Shown here: one piece after another, positions 5,828 to 8,649 of the stretch
How the letters are laid out: each line of letters starts with the position of its first letter
Numbering within the stretch: the first letter of the stretch is position 1
Notes under the pieces: generated by a model
What the model saw: the letters and a program-made list of their open reading frames with translations, nothing else
Told to the model about the DNA's origin: nothing
The model's database searches: none
Position numbers and translations under genes: made by a program
Assembly (NCBI GenBank): GCA_018985225.1
Contig: JADGIF010000433.1
Span: forward strand, 1 to 8,649
Direction: 5' to 3'
Source: Amoeboradix gromovi X-113
Taxonomy: Eukaryota; Fungi; Sanchytriomycota
DNA length: 8,649 nucleotides

Positions 5828-7309
5828 TCAATTGTATTTACTCACTTTATATCGACGCCGTGTGCCTATCATAATGACAAACAGTCTCAACGCTCCCAAA
5901 GTGGACGCAATAGAGAGTATGAAGTATAGTCCCCATTTGATGATAAAGTAGAATGCCTTGTTCTGATCATTTGCCTTGGCATATGCCAGCTTATAAAATT
6001 TAAACAGCAAATCACCATGAATATCTATCATTTCATGGTGTTTGTCATCTACGTTGCGGTAACCACTTCGGTATGATTTGTATTGCTGAGTGTAAGTGTC
6101 ATCAAATGTGTTTGATTCACTCTTAAGCATTAATCCTGTCATTTTACCAAAAGATAGTTCTAGCACATCTATTCCATAGTCCTTCCAATGATCCAATACA
6201 AATTTTATCCCATTAAAATGGGCAAAGGCCGGTTTGCCTTGAATTGTATGAAGCATGCCAATGTCATGAATTGTGTCGCTAATGTATCCAACCATTTCAG
6301 AATTAACATAAACACGAGTATGTATATGATTGTTGTAAGTTAGATACGCATTAGCGAACCAGAATGTGTCCTTGTCGCCAAAGAATAAAGCATCAAAGTA
6401 TGATTCCTGTGAAATGCTGTAGGAAAGTAGCAAAACATTAATTACTTTTGATTTCTTATATATTACAATGCCAGAATCAACTTGCCTTTGAGCGTAGTAT
6501 CCATTTTTGAACAATGAGTATATTGGATTGGTATCTGGCATCATCCAGTAATCCCTAAACAAATACATATCAACTGTTTCTAAATGCTTTAAAGACTTCT
6601 CCAATATATTGTCATCCAAGTGAAGAAGAGGAAAAGCATCAGAATCCAAGTAGATAACATCCTCAAAAGATGTGCTTAGCATCGCTAAAGGTTTAAGATA
6701 ATATTTGCGTGAATCAATAGTAGACTGCCTAGTTAAAAAGAGGTCAGTATTTTTTAGATCAATAAACTTAAGGTCAGTAAACTTGCTAAAAAGTTTTTGA
6801 TTCTGCTTATCAAAATCGTCCGCATGGAACACTTCAATAGGCATTTTCGAGTAGTTTCTAATATAAGTAATCATTGCGAGTAGCTCAATTCGCACACCGT
6901 CATGAGCGCAGACAACTAAACCAGACCCAGATCCTGGAGAGTTTGGAAAGAATGAAGATATGCTAACAAACTCGTCTAATGACTGCTTGACCCTTTTCAT
7001 GTTCACATTTTCAAAGTTACTGGAGTCTGGATGTTCAAAAAGTTGCTCAGGAATAGGTAGCCGTGCATCAACCAAATTTTTATTATATTTGTATAAATGC
7101 CAAACACCGTGTTCTTTGAACTGGGGTGTAAATGAGTCAATTTCGGAATTGAATTTATCAAGGGGTTTTATTGTTGATTTCTTGTTAACCAAGATTAAAG
7201 CCGTTAGCCCACTCATGGCAATCATAGTCAATCCAATAAACTTTAGATTTAATCTCGTCTTCTTCATTTTAATCATGACGTTGGTTTCAAATAAGAAATT
7301 TAAATTCAT
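5828..7309 (-). CDS. Alpha-mannosyltransferase, GT71 family (MNN1/MNN2/MNN5-like, Mannosyl_trans3)
   Basis: N-terminal signal anchor (FIGLTMIAMSGLTALILV), MPIEVFH, KPLAMLSTSFEDVIYLDSD (DxD motif), DSGIVIYKK and FGDKDTFW, all typical of GT71. The real start may be M12 (7276) or M15 (7267). Confidence 0.92.
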   Translation of the reverse strand: MNLNFLFETNVMIKMKKTRLNLKFIGLTMIAMSGLTALILVNKKSTIKPLDKFNSEIDSFTPQFKEHGVWHLYKYNKNLVDARLPIPEQLFEHPDSSNFENVNMKRVKQSLDEFVSISSFFPNSPGSGSGLVVCAHDGVRIELLAMITYIRNYSKMPIEVFHADDFDKQNQKLFSKFTDLKFIDLKNTDLFLTRQSTIDSRKYYLKPLAMLSTSFEDVIYLDSDAFPLLHLDDNILEKSLKHLETVDMYLFRDYWMMPDTNPIYSLFKNGYYAQRQVDSGIVIYKKSKVINVLLLSYSISQESYFDALFFGDKDTFWFANAYLTYNNHIHTRVYVNSEMVGYISDTIHDIGMLHTIQGKPAFAHFNGIKFVLDHWKDYGIDVLELSFGKMTGLMLKSESNTFDDTYTQQYKSYRSGYRNVDDKHHEMIDIHGDLLFKFYKLAYAKANDQNKAFYFIIKWGLYFILSIASTLGALRLFVIMIGTRRRYKVSKYN

Positions 7310-8172
7310 TCTGATTTATTAAAGTTAGGCGATTTAATACTGTAAAGGCCTTTTAATTTTTCATAAATAGGAAAGAATACTCCACAAACTCCGAACCACC
7401 ATACACTTCTAGCAAAGGTACCTCTAAAGAATATTTTCACACCTCCTTGTTTAAATAAATCAGCCGTAGTTCTGGTGGTCGACTTCAAATCAGTCATTGC
7501 ATTTGTTCTTATTACATCAAATGGAGTAGTCAGTGCACCAGCAATTGATCCAGCAGCACTACCTATCATTGCATTTATCCAGATGTGGTGTTTCTCATGG
7601 GTCTTGTATATTACATCTTCAAATTGATTCTGCAATAGTTCGTAGCTTATAAATAAGAGCACCATAAAAGGTGAATCCCTGAGTGATGTAGAAATAAATC
7701 CGGTAAAGAATCCAATTGGTCCTCTGATTTTCATCACATGGCTTATGGTATTACTAAAGCTAGTGCCATTTATCTGCATATGTGAGGTCACAACTTCTCT
7801 CGGAACTTTAACAATTGATGAACATATATCAGCAACAACTGCAGCATATGTTATCCCAAAAATTGTTGGTTTATCTTTACCTGTAGCGTCCATGCTCTCT
7901 CTTTTTAATTTCTCATACACCATAAATCGGATACCGCCTTGTGGCCATGCCGCTGTAGCACTGGTTACTATGCCTCGCGAAAGATTCTTAGGTTTAACAT
8001 TCTTTTGTATACATGTTTTGATGGTGTCGAGTGGGTGCATTGTTCCCATTGCGATGGCTAGTCCAGTAGCGCCTGATAAAAATGTTTGTGTGTGAGACAC
8101 TGAAAGAGAAGTGTCCTTGGTCATGTATGACCCGTGTCTTGATTTCACAATTTGAGCATTCAATTTGGGCAT
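7306..8172 (-). CDS. Mitochondrial carrier (SLC25) protein, S-adenosylmethionine carrier (Pet8/SLC25A26)-like
   Basis: Three carrier repeats with Px[DE]xx[KR] signatures: PLDTIKT, PREVVTS (degenerate) and PFDVIRT. RDSPF and F.VYE.LK resemble the SAM-carrier subfamily; the substrate assignment is an inference. Confidence 0.93.
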   Translation of the reverse strand: MPKLNAQIVKSRHGSYMTKDTSLSVSHTQTFLSGATGLAIAMGTMHPLDTIKTCIQKNVKPKNLSRGIVTSATAAWPQGGIRFMVYEKLKRESMDATGKDKPTIFGITYAAVVADICSSIVKVPREVVTSHMQINGTSFSNTISHVMKIRGPIGFFTGFISTSLRDSPFMVLLFISYELLQNQFEDVIYKTHEKHHIWINAMIGSAAGSIAGALTTPFDVIRTNAMTDLKSTTRTTADLFKQGGVKIFFRGTFARSVWWFGVCGVFFPIYEKLKGLYSIKSPNFNKSE

Positions 8173-8427
8173 ATTCTACATAACTACCCACAGTTTCCAA
8201 AGCAAATATCTGAAAAAGCAAATCTAGTTAGTAAGAGCTCCCATATTTATCACAAATTCTCTTTGTCGTAATTTATTCCAATCTGCGCAATCAATACTGC
8301 GCATTAAATCTCAATGACTCTAACATCATTGTTAAACGTGTTTGTCTCTCGGTTCATGACTATACAATAGTGATCCACTAGGCGTGTTGATTCAGCAGTT
8401 CTTGTAAAAGATACTTCTACTATAGTA

Positions 8428-8649
8428 TGGGAGACCAGATGTAAAAACTAGACCAAGTCGTCTTTAAAGGAGGTGCTCCATAAGGAGGAAGTACTATTAT
8501 TACTAAAAGTCCTTTTTCTTTCAAACCAATTTTCTTTCATTAATCTCATTCACCTCTTTCAAATATACGAGGTCTTTGAGTGTCTAAGCAAAAGGTACAA
8601 TCAGTCAGATTAATTTAATTTAATTTACTATCGGTTAATACACACTTGA
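8428..8649. repeat. Dispersed repeat, copy 2 (internally deleted; runs to the window edge)
   Basis: Same orientation as copy 1. It lacks about 5205-5361 of copy 1 and carries an extra 16 bp (8523-8538) between ttttctttc direct repeats. Confidence 0.9.

Noticed and set aside
340-8172. Alternative genetic code (TAA/TAG = Gln), considered because most genes end in TGA
   Set aside because: The four long ORFs contain no internal TAA/TAG and the kinase ends in TAA TAA, so the standard code fits.
3922-8221. ORFs 3922-4158 (+), 6960-7322 (+), 7745-8095 (+) and 7994-8221 (-)
   Set aside because: Antisense or alternate-frame shadows of the kinase, GT71 and carrier genes.
8283-8303. Twin ctgcgca motifs upstream of the carrier gene
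   Set aside because: They could be regulatory, but they are short, not seen upstream of the other genes, and cannot be supported from the sequence alone.

Overview
AT-rich, very gene-dense eukaryotic window that looks fungal; the compact, intron-poor layout suggests an early-diverging lineage (inference). It holds four minus-strand genes: a low-complexity protein with repeated WH2-like motifs, an Nnk1-like Ser/Thr kinase, a GT71 (MNN-type) alpha-mannosyltransferase and a mitochondrial carrier (SAM-carrier-like). A probable plus-strand gene end lies at the left edge. The most notable part is the ~1.4 kb gap between the kinase and the mannosyltransferase, which the ORF track misses. It contains two tandem 112-bp decayed copies of the C-terminal Zn-ribbon/RuvC-III segment of a TnpB/Fanzor2-like RNA-guided nuclease (CxxCG...CxxC-HLEMDRDHMAARNI). 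These are followed directly by a chain of hairpins where an omegaRNA scaffold is expected. Next comes a ~360-bp dispersed repeat whose second, internally deleted copy sits at the right edge of the window. All alignments, translations and base pairings were done by hand; no searches were run.
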